From sequence record OZ346205.1: 64,000 bases of DNA. One strand, given 5' to 3'. This document shows, piece after piece, positions 46,250 through 56,775 of the stretch. Made by a program: the position numbers and the translations under genes. Position 1 is the stretch's first letter. Each line of letters starts with the position of its first letter. Under the pieces are notes generated by a model that saw nothing but the letters and a program-made list of their open reading frames with translations, did not search any database and had not been told where the DNA came from. Source of the DNA: a phage.

Positions 46250-47233
46250 TTAGATTATCTGAATCAGGGTATTTTTCATTTCTTCTCTGGTGCGGATGTT
46301 GTTACGGTCACGAACAACAGATCCACAACCTTCGCAGCGGTATGTTTTAAATGCACTCAGTTGAGTATACGCCAAAGCTTCTTCCTCGTGAAGGTGTTCT
46401 CCACCACAGCGTGGGCAACGAACTTTTGGCTCCTCATCCTGGTAGTACAATGACATGTTGGGGTGCTGCTTAGCAAACGGGCGAGCCAGCAAATACAGGC
46501 CTTCCAGAGATAGGATATCGCCAACATTGTACTCCCGCATCTGTTTAAACGCCTCAAGATCACCGTGAACACACTTGATCCACATTTCAAATGTGTGGTC
46601 AATCAGTTTCTGTCGGGCAAGTTGGAAGTATTTGCATGCATACTCCAAAGTGTTTGCATTCAAACGGAATGCCTTCTTGATCATTTTAAGGGTGTCAACC
46701 TCTTTGTAGGGGCTTGTTGGAGGCAATCCGTGAAATGCAAATCGTTGGTTGGCCCACCCACAGTCAAAACCTGAATTGTGGGCTACTGCGACATCACATT
46801 TATCCAGATAATACCACAAATCCTGAATCAATTCGAGATCATTGTGAATATCCTCATCCCACATTTTGTAATCAGGAAGAGCGCAGTCAACCACACTAGG
46901 ACTGTCTAACCACTTACCTGCGAAAGTTAGCATGTAGGGCATAATTTCAATACCGCAGGTTTGAATGTTGGTCTTATAGTGCCCAAAGAACCAGCCGTTT
47001 GTTGGAGATGTCTCTGTATCATACACCCAAACTTTAGCACCTTTGTGCTCTTCAAGGAAGCGCTCCGTTGCTTCTCCTACAATCTCTGACATATTCTCTT
47101 GTGCACGTTTAAGCTGTAGTCGGATCCAGCTCTCACGTGACTCACGGCCTAAAAATTCACGAGCAATTTGTCTATTAGTGTATCCCTGTTGCTTTAGTGT
47201 TAAAATTTGCTCAAGAGTTAACTTTGTCATCAT
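46250..47233 (-). CDS. DEDD-family 3'-5' exonuclease with N-terminal HTH and C-terminal Zn ribbon
   Basis: Exo I VYDTETSP, Exo II AHNSGFD, Exo III H....D; CPRCGG...CEGCG. Confidence 0.6.
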   Translation of the reverse strand: MMTKLTLEQILTLKQQGYTNRQIAREFLGRESRESWIRLQLKRAQENMSEIVGEATERFLEEHKGAKVWVYDTETSPTNGWFFGHYKTNIQTCGIEIMPYMLTFAGKWLDSPSVVDCALPDYKMWDEDIHNDLELIQDLWYYLDKCDVAVAHNSGFDCGWANQRFAFHGLPPTSPYKEVDTLKMIKKAFRLNANTLEYACKYFQLARQKLIDHTFEMWIKCVHGDLEAFKQMREYNVGDILSLEGLYLLARPFAKQHPNMSLYYQDEEPKVRCPRCGGEHLHEEEALAYTQLSAFKTYRCEGCGSVVRDRNNIRTREEMKNTLIQII

Positions 47234-47245
47234 CGTTAAGATTCC

Positions 47246-47467
47246 TTAGTAAAACTGAAGAATGTCTTTTAAAGCGAAGTCACGATATTCGCCCTTGTCT
47301 ACATCGAAGGCACGCATCAACCACTGCTCTTCTTTATGATACTCTGTAGAGCCAAACCATAAATTAGGCTCAGTAACGCAGCGATCTGCAACAACACCTT
47401 TCCAGTTACGGTATTTCATCCTGATCAGAACTGAATCGCAAGGATTGAATACCTTTTTCATCCCCAT
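47246..47467 (-). CDS. hypothetical protein
   Basis: ORF track. Confidence 0.45.
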   Translation of the reverse strand: MGMKKVFNPCDSVLIRMKYRNWKGVVADRCVTEPNLWFGSTEYHKEEQWLMRAFDVDKGEYRDFALKDILQFY

Positions 47468-48011
47468 AGAAATCTCTCTCCTCAGTTTTCTTTATAAACT
47501 CCTGCATGTAGAACTCAATAGCCTCATGCTTGGTGCACTCCGGATTAATGACAAGATTGAGATCTGATTCTGCTCGTGCAATGATCGTAGCTTTAGAGCA
47601 TCTCCTCAAGAACTTTGTCATATCATCTCTGTAGTTTTTGTGGAGCGGGAAGTCGCTGTAGTCTTTCTCCAAATAGTCAGCCATCCGGCGCAACGCCTCT
47701 GATAAACTGCAATCTGTATACTCGTTACAGTATTTCATCCAGTATTTAAGCACATACCCCTCAAAGGTATTAGTGCATTGGGACAAAACACCCCTGCAAC
47801 GACCAGTCAGATGGTCATGATCCAAACAAGGCTTACGAAGTGGCTCGCACAAGATAGGATCAAGACCATCCTGCTCCTCTGACAATTCTTTTCGAAAGTT
47901 GGCTATGTCCTTAGAATCTTTTAACCACCCGTTATGAACGGGGGCTTTGACAGCTTTCTTTCTTATTTTACGCTTTGCGATAATCCCTCCAGATGCGCCC
48001 TGCCTATCCAA
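47406..48011 (-). CDS. endonuclease VII-family (HNH-like) nuclease
   Basis: C..C...DHDHLTGRCRGVL..C motif as in T4 endo VII; true start may lie downstream of 48011. Confidence 0.55.
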   Translation of the reverse strand: MDRQGASGGIIAKRKIRKKAVKAPVHNGWLKDSKDIANFRKELSEEQDGLDPILCEPLRKPCLDHDHLTGRCRGVLSQCTNTFEGYVLKYWMKYCNEYTDCSLSEALRRMADYLEKDYSDFPLHKNYRDDMTKFLRRCSKATIIARAESDLNLVINPECTKHEAIEFYMQEFIKKTEERDFYGDEKGIQSLRFSSDQDEIP

Positions 48012-48592
48012 TAAGCATCTGCGAGATCGGCCTTACCTTGTACCAAATTGATCCCATCTAGGAACCCAGGTTCAGATACTTCGCAGGCCTTAACCATCAA
48101 CTTTTTATCCATCGTAACAGGTTTCTTCACAGTATGCTCTTTACCTGTCTTTTTGTCAAGCTTTTTCTTCTCCTCGAAAGCAAGTTCCTCAGGAAGATGA
48201 CCACGAGCAAACTTTTTGGCAGTTGTTGGTGTCACTGTGTGGACCTTAAACAGGCCGTCATTTTCACAATCCGCTAAGGCATCCCAAAGCATAACTTCAA
48301 GACCGTAAAACAACCCAGCCAGTTCACGTGTGGCATCCCCGCGTGATCCAAAGGAAAGCCCTTCCATAACTACAGTGTCAACGCCGTGCGTGTGGATATA
48401 ATATCTGACCTGTTTGCAGATCCAGTCAATACGCTCAGCAGCTGTTGCAAAAGAAACCGTCCCTGGTTTCTTCTCTTTTGCAGATGAGCTTTGAGTTCGT
48501 AACACAACCTTATGAACAGGCTTTCCATCGTCCCATACAACGCAAGCTGTGTGTGTCAACGACTGGTCTATGGATAATAGACGCTCTCTCAT
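47963..48592 (-). CDS. RuvC-like Holliday junction resolvase
   Basis: N-terminal LLSIDQSLTHTACVV, MEGLSFG, ADAYWIG resemble RuvC catalytic segments. Confidence 0.5.
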   Translation of the reverse strand: MRERLLSIDQSLTHTACVVWDDGKPVHKVVLRTQSSSAKEKKPGTVSFATAAERIDWICKQVRYYIHTHGVDTVVMEGLSFGSRGDATRELAGLFYGLEVMLWDALADCENDGLFKVHTVTPTTAKKFARGHLPEELAFEEKKKLDKKTGKEHTVKKPVTMDKKLMVKACEVSEPGFLDGINLVQGKADLADAYWIGRAHLEGLSQSVK

Positions 48593-48924
48593 GCTTCCTC
48601 ATCCTCCTCTCCTTCATCAGGAGCATAAGCCTTATCTTTGAACAATACGAGAGAGCAAAGCTTAACATCTGTTTCCACACTGGTGAACATGCATAACCGC
48701 TCGCCCTCAATCAGCTCACAATCCTCTTTTAAAACAGCAGACCATACACGGTCATCTGCGTAATCATCCGTGTACAGGATGTATGAAATGGTGTCATCTT
48801 CATACAACCGCCACATACCTGTGGCAACAACGAATGTATTTTTTGTTTTAAGTGTCCCTGTTGTGTGATCATCCTCAAAAACAGCTTCCATAATTGCGTT
48901 ATCTACAGAATTTTTAGTCATCAA
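48589..48924 (-). CDS. hypothetical protein
   Basis: ORF track; acidic C-terminus. Confidence 0.45.
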   Translation of the reverse strand: MMTKNSVDNAIMEAVFEDDHTTGTLKTKNTFVVATGMWRLYEDDTISYILYTDDYADDRVWSAVLKEDCELIEGERLCMFTSVETDVKLCSLVLFKDKAYAPDEGEEDEEA

Positions 48925-50060
48925 ATTGCTCCAACATTTCTAAGAACGTTAACAAGTTTTGTTTGATCATTGAATGTTCGCTTCATATACAAACAGTCAA
49001 AAATTATACTCATCCATTGACCTACGGAGATTCTACGATCAATACCATTGAAGTCAGTATACTTAACAACACCTTTCGGGAACCACTTCTTGTACTGATC
49101 AATAATAGCCACCCACATCTCCTTTGGAGTGCTGCACTGAGACAGTAGGTAGAATGCTGAGGCATCTCCGAACTTACCCTTACCGATAAGTCCTTGATAC
49201 GGCTTGATGTTGTCAGCAGAGTCACCACACAGCATTTGGTATCCGAAGAACAGCATTCCGTAACCACCAACCTCTCCATTAGGCTTCATGAAGATGTTCC
49301 CCATACCGTTATCGATCAGCATAGGGGTTTCCCTTACAAAATCTCCCTTATCGTTTCGCATGGGATCGAACACAAGCCCCGGTAGTGTTCTTTGGTCCTT
49401 ATCAATAGAGATAATAAACTTGTTGAACTTACCTGTTTTTTGGTAGTGGTTCCAACCTTCAAATTGCTGGATAGCTAACCAGTCATCAGCCTCGATACCG
49501 TTGATCACTTGAGCATTATACTGCTTTTGGAGATACTGTCTTGCATCTCCAAGCAGCAGTGGTCGAAGAGTATTGTTACGGTTGGCTTTGTATCTTTCCG
49601 GCATTGGAAGATCTAGTCTGAAGTTACCTGTGCCTCCCAACACCCCGACACATCGCTCTTCCGGAATACCAAGATAGTTAAGAACTGCATTTGCCTTACA
49701 TTTTATTGTGTGCAAGCAGTTCTCTACAGGGTCAGGTGTTTGGATATCCAAGACATCAAAATCTTCACGTGTCCACGGAATAAACTCCTTACCAGACTTT
49801 TTACATGCGGCTTCACGGTTGGTATTCTCAGCTTTTAGCCAACCACCAACGGTGTTCTTCTGCCGCCCCCAGAACTCTGTTCGTGTTTTAAACATCTTCT
49901 TACGTCCGGAGGCTTTGTGTGTTACCTCAATTGTCCTTTTTTCACAACTTGCTGCAGCTTGATATGCAACCTGATCGAAGTCATAATAAACTATAGCGTC
50001 AGGTTCAAGAAGATCAGCCAGACAATCTATGGACTCAATAAGTGGATATTCTCTACTCAA
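48921..50060 (-). CDS. 5'-3' exonuclease / flap endonuclease (FEN, RNase H-like)
   Basis: GIEADDWLA and ISIDKDQ motifs typical of T5 D15 / T4 RNase H family. Confidence 0.55.
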   Translation of the reverse strand: MSREYPLIESIDCLADLLEPDAIVYYDFDQVAYQAAASCEKRTIEVTHKASGRKKMFKTRTEFWGRQKNTVGGWLKAENTNREAACKKSGKEFIPWTREDFDVLDIQTPDPVENCLHTIKCKANAVLNYLGIPEERCVGVLGGTGNFRLDLPMPERYKANRNNTLRPLLLGDARQYLQKQYNAQVINGIEADDWLAIQQFEGWNHYQKTGKFNKFIISIDKDQRTLPGLVFDPMRNDKGDFVRETPMLIDNGMGNIFMKPNGEVGGYGMLFFGYQMLCGDSADNIKPYQGLIGKGKFGDASAFYLLSQCSTPKEMWVAIIDQYKKWFPKGVVKYTDFNGIDRRISVGQWMSIIFDCLYMKRTFNDQTKLVNVLRNVGAI

Positions 50061-50361
50061 AGACCCTCCTGTTAGTTATTCTGCAAGATGGTTGGATGCT
50101 GTAATGGAATGCATCATCACTCTCTGCAATAAGTGACTCAACATCCCAATACTTTTCAAAAAGGAACGGATTAGACCCCCAGTGGTGGGTTATTTTCATC
50201 AAGGAGTCTGGTATCATATAACCACAGATCTTAATTACATCGCCAGGTTGAATTGTGTTTTCATGAAGGTTGCTTGCCTTCTTCAGAATCATACCTTTAT
50301 GATTCTCGTTTGCATACAACTGGACAATATCTTTATCTTCAACAATAAAAATTTTAAGCAT
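50053..50361 (-). CDS. hypothetical protein
   Basis: AGGAG RBS; own promoter. Confidence 0.5.
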   Translation of the reverse strand: MLKIFIVEDKDIVQLYANENHKGMILKKASNLHENTIQPGDVIKICGYMIPDSLMKITHHWGSNPFLFEKYWDVESLIAESDDAFHYSIQPSCRITNRRVFE

Positions 50362-50394
50362 ACCTAGTTCTCCTAGTTTATAGATATCTGACCG

Positions 50395-50424
50395 ATAATA
50401 TCAGATTAATAACACTTTTGTCAA
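50395..50424 (-). promoter_or_regulatory. sigma70-like promoter
   Basis: - strand TTGACA - 18 nt - TATTAT. Confidence 0.5.
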
Positions 50425-50714
50425 GACTTTTTAGTCTTTCTTGGAGAGCTTTTTGTTGATCTTTTCCTTTTGTGGTAGATTCCAAGTGCAGCGTTTTCTT
50501 GGGCGCACGTTTTAACAGTTCTCAGACAAGAGCTTTCAGCTTTAGGCAGGTTTAACTCCCACCAACCAAGCCAGTAAAGTTCTGATTCAGACAACTGCTC
50601 AGATTCAGCCTTCCGATACAAGGCTTGCATACCCCTGATGATATCGTCCAGAGGTGTATCGAATACAAAAGCTGTCTTATCGAATTTCTCTTTTACAGAT
50701 CTCTTAGCCATCAA
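50421..50714 (-). CDS. hypothetical basic protein
   Basis: ORF track. Confidence 0.45.
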   Translation of the reverse strand: MMAKRSVKEKFDKTAFVFDTPLDDIIRGMQALYRKAESEQLSESELYWLGWWELNLPKAESSCLRTVKTCAQENAALGIYHKRKRSTKSSPRKTKKS

Positions 50715-51168
50715 GGTAACCCTCTATCCACGAAAAGTCAGTCTTCCATTCTGGAACTTTACTAAGCTCGCGCCACTCTGCAAAGCAGTCTCGGTAATAC
50801 GCCTCTGCCATACCTCTGGTGATCTTATTCACCTTAGCCAACTGATTAACTGCCTGAGCATACTTTCCACGGATATTTGCTAATCCAGGATGTACCGATG
50901 TGTGACAATCTGGGCACAACGCTATCAGTCCGACAAGCCGGATCACTCCCTCTTCGAAAGTGTAAAGTTCATGACACTCCACTGGATGTTTGCTGCCTTT
51001 ACCGCCGCACACCTCGCAAGTGTAGTTTGCCTCTCTGTAGCACTTCTTACGGATCTTATCCCACTCACTCTTCTTCACAGCGTTTCGGAGGTTATTATAC
51101 CAAGCTGTTTCTGGGATCAGTTGCACAATAAGCCTGCGTTCAGACCTCATTAAACGTCCGTCTTCCAC
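50704..51168 (-). CDS. HNH-type endonuclease (putative free-standing homing endonuclease)
   Basis: CEVCGG...HPVECHE...CPDCH Zn-knuckle/His pattern. Confidence 0.4.
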   Translation of the reverse strand: MEDGRLMRSERRLIVQLIPETAWYNNLRNAVKKSEWDKIRKKCYREANYTCEVCGGKGSKHPVECHELYTFEEGVIRLVGLIALCPDCHTSVHPGLANIRGKYAQAVNQLAKVNKITRGMAEAYYRDCFAEWRELSKVPEWKTDFSWIEGYLDG

Positions 51169-51177
51169 GTATCCCCC

Positions 51178-51384
51178 TTATTCAAAGAAATGGGTGCGAG
51201 GGCAGGAACCTGCCTCGCCTTGTTTCACAAGCTCGTAGAGCTCACCTTGGCTTGTCTCATAAAGGCAAATACGTTTACCATTGTCCCGATACACATCGAC
51301 AAGATACGCTGTTTCACCTGCAAACACGACACCACAGGCCAGACATGCTGCCATGAACAAAATTGCCAACAGAAAATCTTTCAT
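51178..51384 (-). CDS. small lipoprotein-like secreted protein
   Basis: ORF 51178..51399; start at MKDF; signal peptide with Cys near cleavage region (AACLAC). Confidence 0.45.
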   Translation of the reverse strand: MKDFLLAILFMAACLACGVVFAGETAYLVDVYRDNGKRICLYETSQGELYELVKQGEAGSCPRTHFFE

Positions 51385-51447
51385 GGTTAAACACTCCATA
51401 ACATTTTATGAGGTAACAATACCACGTCCGTGTGGTTATGTCAATGA

Positions 51448-51918
51448 TCAATCCAGGACAATGCCGCCTGCCTTTTTAAACACCTCGATCAACTTCTCGA
51501 TCTTCTGTTCATGCTGACCATATCCAGCGCCGGGTAACGAAGCCCAGCGGGAACGGCATTTGCGGATAGCTTCGTGGATACGCCCTTCGTCAATGTCGGC
51601 GAGAGCCTTGCACTCACGGATCAGTTGCAACGCAATCTTGTCCTGACTGGCAGGGCCAAAATCTGGTAATCCTAGCTGTTTCATGTAGTGTTTAGCAAAC
51701 TTCTCCAAAACCTGGTAACGACCAGCAGCGGAGGAGGTAAGTTTAGCATTTAGCTTAACGTAAACACCTGGATGCTTGCTGTAATCGCTGAACAGCTTGC
51801 CGCCGACTATGACATCGTACCCCCGATCCTTGGTAGGTTGTCTACCATTATCTGTTCCTTCCGAATATGCGATCATATCCAAGAAAGCTTTTCGTTGAAC
51901 ATTTTTATCAAGTTTCAT
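51448..51918 (-). CDS. endolysin, lambda R-type lysozyme (lytic transglycosylase)
   Basis: QRKAFLDM..SEGTDNGRQ...GYDVIVGG...AGRYQ...WASLPGAGYGQ matches phage lambda R along its length; start moved to ATG 51918 (GGAGAG RBS). Confidence 0.85.
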   Translation of the reverse strand: MKLDKNVQRKAFLDMIAYSEGTDNGRQPTKDRGYDVIVGGKLFSDYSKHPGVYVKLNAKLTSSAAGRYQVLEKFAKHYMKQLGLPDFGPASQDKIALQLIRECKALADIDEGRIHEAIRKCRSRWASLPGAGYGQHEQKIEKLIEVFKKAGGIVLD

Positions 51919-52041
51919 TTTCATACTCTCCAGTTTGCTCATAACTAACCCGATCAACAACACTGCATAGTGTGGTTATGTAGGTGCCAATTGAAAAACC
52001 ATCATTCAATTGGCTACCGTTACCTACTAAACCATCCTACA

Positions 52042-53325
52042 TCATTCCAGAACCTCCCAAGTATCTGGGTTAACATTTCGGACGCAGATACCGACAGGGA
52101 ATTGGTAGTTGTTGTCTTCTGTCCTTGCTTGATATTTGAAGGTGACAAACTTGCCGATCATTTCCTGCATCCTGTCATAGCTACGCTCCTCGTGCGTGCC
52201 TTTCATCTTCATTTTAACAACAACACCTTCCTTGTCAACACAGATAAGAACACCTTCATCATTCTTATCTTTCTCAACGTCAATAACTTTCACCTCTGCG
52301 TCGTTGAACTTTTTCCATTTCAATGCTTCAGATGTTCGCTGACCATACTCATATTTACCACAGAAGTTACGCATAATGGTACCTTCATATCCTTCAGACA
52401 TAAATATACCAACAGACTCTTCGCACCGATCAACCGTATATGCAAGCTCTGCATCAACAACCTTAATATGATCAAGCATCAAAGAAGTAATAGCACCGTT
52501 TGCCTCCATAAGATCCTTACAGCGACCAGACTCTGTTTCAGGATCCCACCACACCTTATCGCTAGGAATATCGAAAATATGATACTCTAAGTCGTAGCTG
52601 CAGTACCCTTCGTAACGCAAATCATCACGAACAGGCTCAACATCAACAGGAATGTCCACCTTGTTGAAGTTTTTGTATGTTGCTAAACCTGCTTTAATCG
52701 CAGCCTGACGGCGTTTTTTATCTGCCTTGTAGTCTTTATCGATCTCGGCCTGAATTTCTTCCTGTGTGCGCCACCGTTTAGCAAGAGACACTATTTTCTG
52801 CAGAGGTAGACCATGAATATAGAGCTCTCCGTCGAGCTGTTTAATCCCGGTGGTTAGGTGGAAAGAGCGAAGTTGCTCCAGAAGCTTTCCTTGAATAGGG
52901 TAGGACTTATTACCACGGGAAATAAATTTAGGCTCACCATTCTGGAAAACAACAAGTAGACGAAGGCCATCTAACTTACGCAAGATCCAGCAAGGTAATT
53001 TAAGTGCCTTGCCACGCTTCAGGTAGTCATGCACCAACATGGGTAAAAGATCAACACCTTGCTCACAATCTTCCATACTCTCCACGTACCCGAGTCGGAC
53101 CTGTTTTTCCCACTTACTGATCGCTTCCAGCTCGGCCTGTTGCTCAGCTGTAGTTTCATTGGCGCGACCCACGTTCTTAGGTGTGCAGATCGTCTCTTTG
53201 TATTGCAGTTTACCATCAAGCTTGCCAAACTCTACGATAACCTTATCACCATCCGTGAATACTTTCCACTGTTGGTAGCTGCCATCTTTGTTCAGTGCGT
53301 ACAGTGTTGTTTTGATTTGATGCAT
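52042..53325 (-). CDS. ATP-dependent DNA ligase
   Basis: Motif I KLDGLR, motif IV SEGYEGTIMR, motif V ALKWKK. Confidence 0.7.
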   Translation of the reverse strand: MHQIKTTLYALNKDGSYQQWKVFTDGDKVIVEFGKLDGKLQYKETICTPKNVGRANETTAEQQAELEAISKWEKQVRLGYVESMEDCEQGVDLLPMLVHDYLKRGKALKLPCWILRKLDGLRLLVVFQNGEPKFISRGNKSYPIQGKLLEQLRSFHLTTGIKQLDGELYIHGLPLQKIVSLAKRWRTQEEIQAEIDKDYKADKKRRQAAIKAGLATYKNFNKVDIPVDVEPVRDDLRYEGYCSYDLEYHIFDIPSDKVWWDPETESGRCKDLMEANGAITSLMLDHIKVVDAELAYTVDRCEESVGIFMSEGYEGTIMRNFCGKYEYGQRTSEALKWKKFNDAEVKVIDVEKDKNDEGVLICVDKEGVVVKMKMKGTHEERSYDRMQEMIGKFVTFKYQARTEDNNYQFPVGICVRNVNPDTWEVLE

Positions 53326-53594
53326 TACTCGGCCTCTTCCTTAAAAATTTTAAACATCTCTTCTTTACTCATTACCAACCAGTCCCCCATAAAATCAACA
53401 AGCCAATCACCCTGGTACAAGACTAGGTTACCAAACGGCTCTACAAGCTCACACATGCGACGAAGATCTCTGGTCCGAACAGGTGACGATGTAAACACAC
53501 CTGTATCAATCCACCGTTGCAGATCAGATACTGATGAAGAGCTTCCGTCAAACTGGTGTGCTTCTACAGGTTTAGCAAGATTAAATAACGGCAT
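53325..53594 (-). CDS. hypothetical protein
   Basis: AAGGAGG RBS. Confidence 0.5.
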   Translation of the reverse strand: MPLFNLAKPVEAHQFDGSSSSVSDLQRWIDTGVFTSSPVRTRDLRRMCELVEPFGNLVLYQGDWLVDFMGDWLVMSKEEMFKIFKEEAE

Positions 53595-53889
53595 TGCAGT
53601 CCTCCTTATCTAATAGATCTTTTATTGGGTAAACAAGCAGGTGTGGATCGTAATAATTTATAGTTTTATTCTGCCACACTATGAACTTAATTACAACTAA
53701 ATTTACCACATCTTTATCTCCATGTAGTCCAACACACAGATTTGTCCATATTTTGTGGTTGAATACTTTGCTGTCGATGTAGATCTTAGTGTCAAACTTA
53801 TCCTCTATCCTGCCTATAAGTTTAACCAACTCTTTCATCTGATCCCCAAACACAGCATCGTTTTCAAGATCTCTAGAGTGCTTGTACAT
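53581..53889 (-). CDS. hypothetical protein
   Basis: ORF 53581..53919 (GTG); ATG 53889 after GTGAGG preferred. Confidence 0.45.
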   Translation of the reverse strand: MYKHSRDLENDAVFGDQMKELVKLIGRIEDKFDTKIYIDSKVFNHKIWTNLCVGLHGDKDVVNLVVIKFIVWQNKTINYYDPHLLVYPIKDLLDKEDCNAVI

Positions 53890-53952
53890 AACTATCTGCC
53901 TCACTTGCATACTTTCCACAACAAGTAAAGCCGGGTAATCCCGGCCATGTTG

Positions 53953-54666
53953 TTAAATATACTCTGCTACATCCTTGAAGCTCGAAGGCTTCATGATCTT
54001 ACCTTTACTGTCAAGGAATATGATAACTTTATTACCGTTGTAGAATTCTTCCTTAGCAACAAAACCTTCATATCGACCATCAAAGCGTCGCTCAAGATCT
54101 TTAATCTCCAACTCTATGAGTTGTTCAGCAGGCATATCTGCACTGGCACCGTGTGAATACCGTAGATGGTTGACCCGTGCAAACTTGCTGTCATTCGATT
54201 TGAGAACCTTACGCATCATCCCGCACACATCGCCGCGAAGCTGGAACAGCAAAGCTGTTGACAACTCCGCTAAACGGTAAGCTGACGCTCTTTGCTTGGA
54301 TGTGTTTTTCGCAGCGATCAGTGTGTCATAGAACTCACCGATCTTGAACTTAAGACCTCGTGGATTATCAAACAGGTTTGACCACTTTTCGTGATTGTCA
54401 TTAACAAGATAAGCTGCATAACTTGTGACAACGTGAAGATCGCAGGCCTCCTTTAGCAGGTGATCTCCACCATCACCTTTCTCCAGCTCTTCCAAAACTT
54501 CATTGAACTCTTCCTCAATGAAGCTAAGCTGTAATTCGAATGGTGTGTATGATTTTTTCACTTTAGCTGCCACACGGTTCCAGTTTTCCACCCAGTTGGC
54601 AGACCAAAGGTAGTTTTCAGGTTGGGATAGTTTTTCCAGGTTGTCAATTAATTTAGTATTCAGCAT
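53953..54666 (-). CDS. MazG-like NTP pyrophosphohydrolase domain protein
   Basis: EEEFNEVLEELEKGDGGDHLLKEACDL resembles the MazG E..E..E...E.GD...E metal-binding helix. Confidence 0.4.
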   Translation of the reverse strand: MLNTKLIDNLEKLSQPENYLWSANWVENWNRVAAKVKKSYTPFELQLSFIEEEFNEVLEELEKGDGGDHLLKEACDLHVVTSYAAYLVNDNHEKWSNLFDNPRGLKFKIGEFYDTLIAAKNTSKQRASAYRLAELSTALLFQLRGDVCGMMRKVLKSNDSKFARVNHLRYSHGASADMPAEQLIELEIKDLERRFDGRYEGFVAKEEFYNGNKVIIFLDSKGKIMKPSSFKDVAEYI

Positions 54667-54679
54667 TAAAGGTCTCCTT

Positions 54680-55441
54680 TTAAAGTTCCATAAAGTTTTC
54701 TACAGTCTCAATGAATGTTTTATCAGAGAAGGCATCAACCGCACCGTTAAACCAAACTGGGATGCCACGATCCTCATACTGGTAAATATCACTACGTGAA
54801 ATGCCATTCTCCTCTAGATGCTGTGAGTCGTATTTATTAACGATCAGTAGTTTGGTTCCCTTATTGCAGGCAGGGAATAGCTCCCAGTTAAAATTGATAA
54901 CTGTGTTGGAGCACCCTACAAGGATAACCATATCATTGCTCGTAAGAGAAGTCAACAGGTCATACATGTCTGTATACTTCGGAGCTACTTCTCCGAAGAA
55001 CACCACATTAGGCTTAACCCAGGTATACTTTCCTGCGTCTACCTCAGAGTATCCAATGTCCTTAATGACGTCACTTCCTTCATCGTCCTCATAGACTATT
55101 TCTGGCAAATACCCGTGGACATGTAAAATATCTTCATGTTTTACACCAGCACGCTCCAGCAAATCATCTACATTGGTGGTAAGGTTGATCACACGACCAG
55201 ACCAGCGGGAATACCACTCAGCGATCCGAAGATGTGCAAGGTTAGGCTCAACACTGCCTAAAGCTACACGACGTGCATTGTAAAAGTCATGCACCTTATA
55301 GTAGTTCTTGGCAAAGGTGTGGATGTTGCACACCTCATCGATGCTGAAATTCTCCCACATTGCAGTGCTACCAGATCGGAAAGTGGGAATACCAGATTCA
55401 GCGCTCAAACCAGCACCGGAGATAATAATCAGTCGTCGCAT
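54680..55441 (-). CDS. Sir2-family NAD-dependent protein (sirtuin-like)
   Basis: GAGLSAESGIPTFR, TTNVDDL, catalytic HG (LHVHGY), FFGE; no Zn-ribbon cysteines. Confidence 0.7.
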   Translation of the reverse strand: MRRLIIISGAGLSAESGIPTFRSGSTAMWENFSIDEVCNIHTFAKNYYKVHDFYNARRVALGSVEPNLAHLRIAEWYSRWSGRVINLTTNVDDLLERAGVKHEDILHVHGYLPEIVYEDDEGSDVIKDIGYSEVDAGKYTWVKPNVVFFGEVAPKYTDMYDLLTSLTSNDMVILVGCSNTVINFNWELFPACNKGTKLLIVNKYDSQHLEENGISRSDIYQYEDRGIPVWFNGAVDAFSDKTFIETVENFMEL

Positions 55442-55449
55442 AAGTGTCC

Positions 55450-55800
55450 TCAGTAGATGTTTTGTTTAATCTCTATTCCAAACTTTTTAAACGAGTCAGC
55501 TGCAAGCATGAATTTACGAGCCGCTGATGGGTTAGAAGTATGCACGAAAATCTTCACGTTGTCAACTACAGGAGGCTTACCAAATACAAATTTTTCCTCC
55601 AACATAGATAGGCAATCGTACCCTTCGAATACCTCTCCAAGGTCGTTGTCCATATGCCACTCAGAAACGCGTCTGTAGAGCTTTCTATTATCGTTAATAA
55701 AATCTATAAACTCGGAGGAATTCTTTAGCCAAACAGCGTCTTGGAGCCCGTACTTTGACGGATCTCTCAAGTCATCTAGCCACACAATCAACTTCTTCAT
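55450..55800 (-). CDS. hypothetical protein
   Basis: ORF track, 116 aa; coupled to flanking genes, no recognisable motif. Confidence 0.5.
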   Translation of the reverse strand: MKKLIVWLDDLRDPSKYGLQDAVWLKNSSEFIDFINDNRKLYRRVSEWHMDNDLGEVFEGYDCLSMLEEKFVFGKPPVVDNVKIFVHTSNPSAARKFMLAADSFKKFGIEIKQNIY

Positions 55801-56732
55801 TGCATATAGTTCTCGTTGTGGAAATAGTAATCGAGTATCTCACGGCGTTCCTGCTCCAGGAGGCAGTTCCATACATCCTCTGTGTAGTTGTTACGAATGA
55901 AGTTTACCATGCCGTAAAACTCTTCGTCAACACGTTTAAAGATATCATCATCCCAAATCTTCCAAGCTTTACCCCTCATTACGGCCTTCCGTGCCAGATA
56001 GTATGGAGACTTAATCTTCAGCTGCAGATCATAAGGGTAGTAAGGCTTACGAATCATATACCCTTCACCTCTTGTTTCTGCAGCTAATTCTTTTGCATAA
56101 CTGAACGGAATTTCACGCACAGTGTGAGGACGTTTTGCACCAAGGTATTTGGCAATCCCATCTAAAGCTGCTTCTGGTAGCATTATTCCAGAATCATTAT
56201 ATCTGCAACCTATCAAATATGCGCCACGATCTTCCTGAACAATATGCGGATCTGAGGGGTGACAAATTTCAAACATGAATGTCATATTTTCATTGCCCAT
56301 AACCTTCTTGATAAGATCTAAATTACCACATTGCTCCTGGATGGTTTCCTTTGCAAGGTTACAATATGGAGAATCAAGAGACCCGGTTGTTGAGAACAAT
56401 AGTTCACCTTTATGAGATGACACCACACCAAGGAATCCGTTCTTTTTCTCTACCGCCGTCACAAGCTTATTGTCAGGCAGGTTGGTGGAGTTTTCTCCCA
56501 AGTTAAACACTTTTGTAAAGGGCCATGCCACAACATTTCCTTCATTACCGACAACAATGCCTCGGCACTCCAGTAATCGAGGAGACAAATGCCATAAGTT
56601 GTTGTAGAATACTTTTCTGGCATATTTATAGATCTTTAACCCAAGGTCTGGGTGATATCTGCTGGTTACAAGACCTTTGTCAACTAGGTCGTCTGCATTA
56701 AAATACTTCATCATACGTTCCTCATTTGTCAT
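55797..56732 (-). CDS. RNA ligase (nucleotidyltransferase; Rnl-like)
   Basis: Motif I EKKNG, motif IV GEGYMIRK, motif V LQLKIK; a separate DNA ligase exists; flanked by kinase/phosphatase genes. Confidence 0.55.
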   Translation of the reverse strand: MTNEERMMKYFNADDLVDKGLVTSRYHPDLGLKIYKYARKVFYNNLWHLSPRLLECRGIVVGNEGNVVAWPFTKVFNLGENSTNLPDNKLVTAVEKKNGFLGVVSSHKGELLFSTTGSLDSPYCNLAKETIQEQCGNLDLIKKVMGNENMTFMFEICHPSDPHIVQEDRGAYLIGCRYNDSGIMLPEAALDGIAKYLGAKRPHTVREIPFSYAKELAAETRGEGYMIRKPYYPYDLQLKIKSPYYLARKAVMRGKAWKIWDDDIFKRVDEEFYGMVNFIRNNYTEDVWNCLLEQERREILDYYFHNENYMQ

Positions 56733-56775
56733 TTTGTCAGTCTATCCTGCCACACAAATAACCTAGTGTCAACAC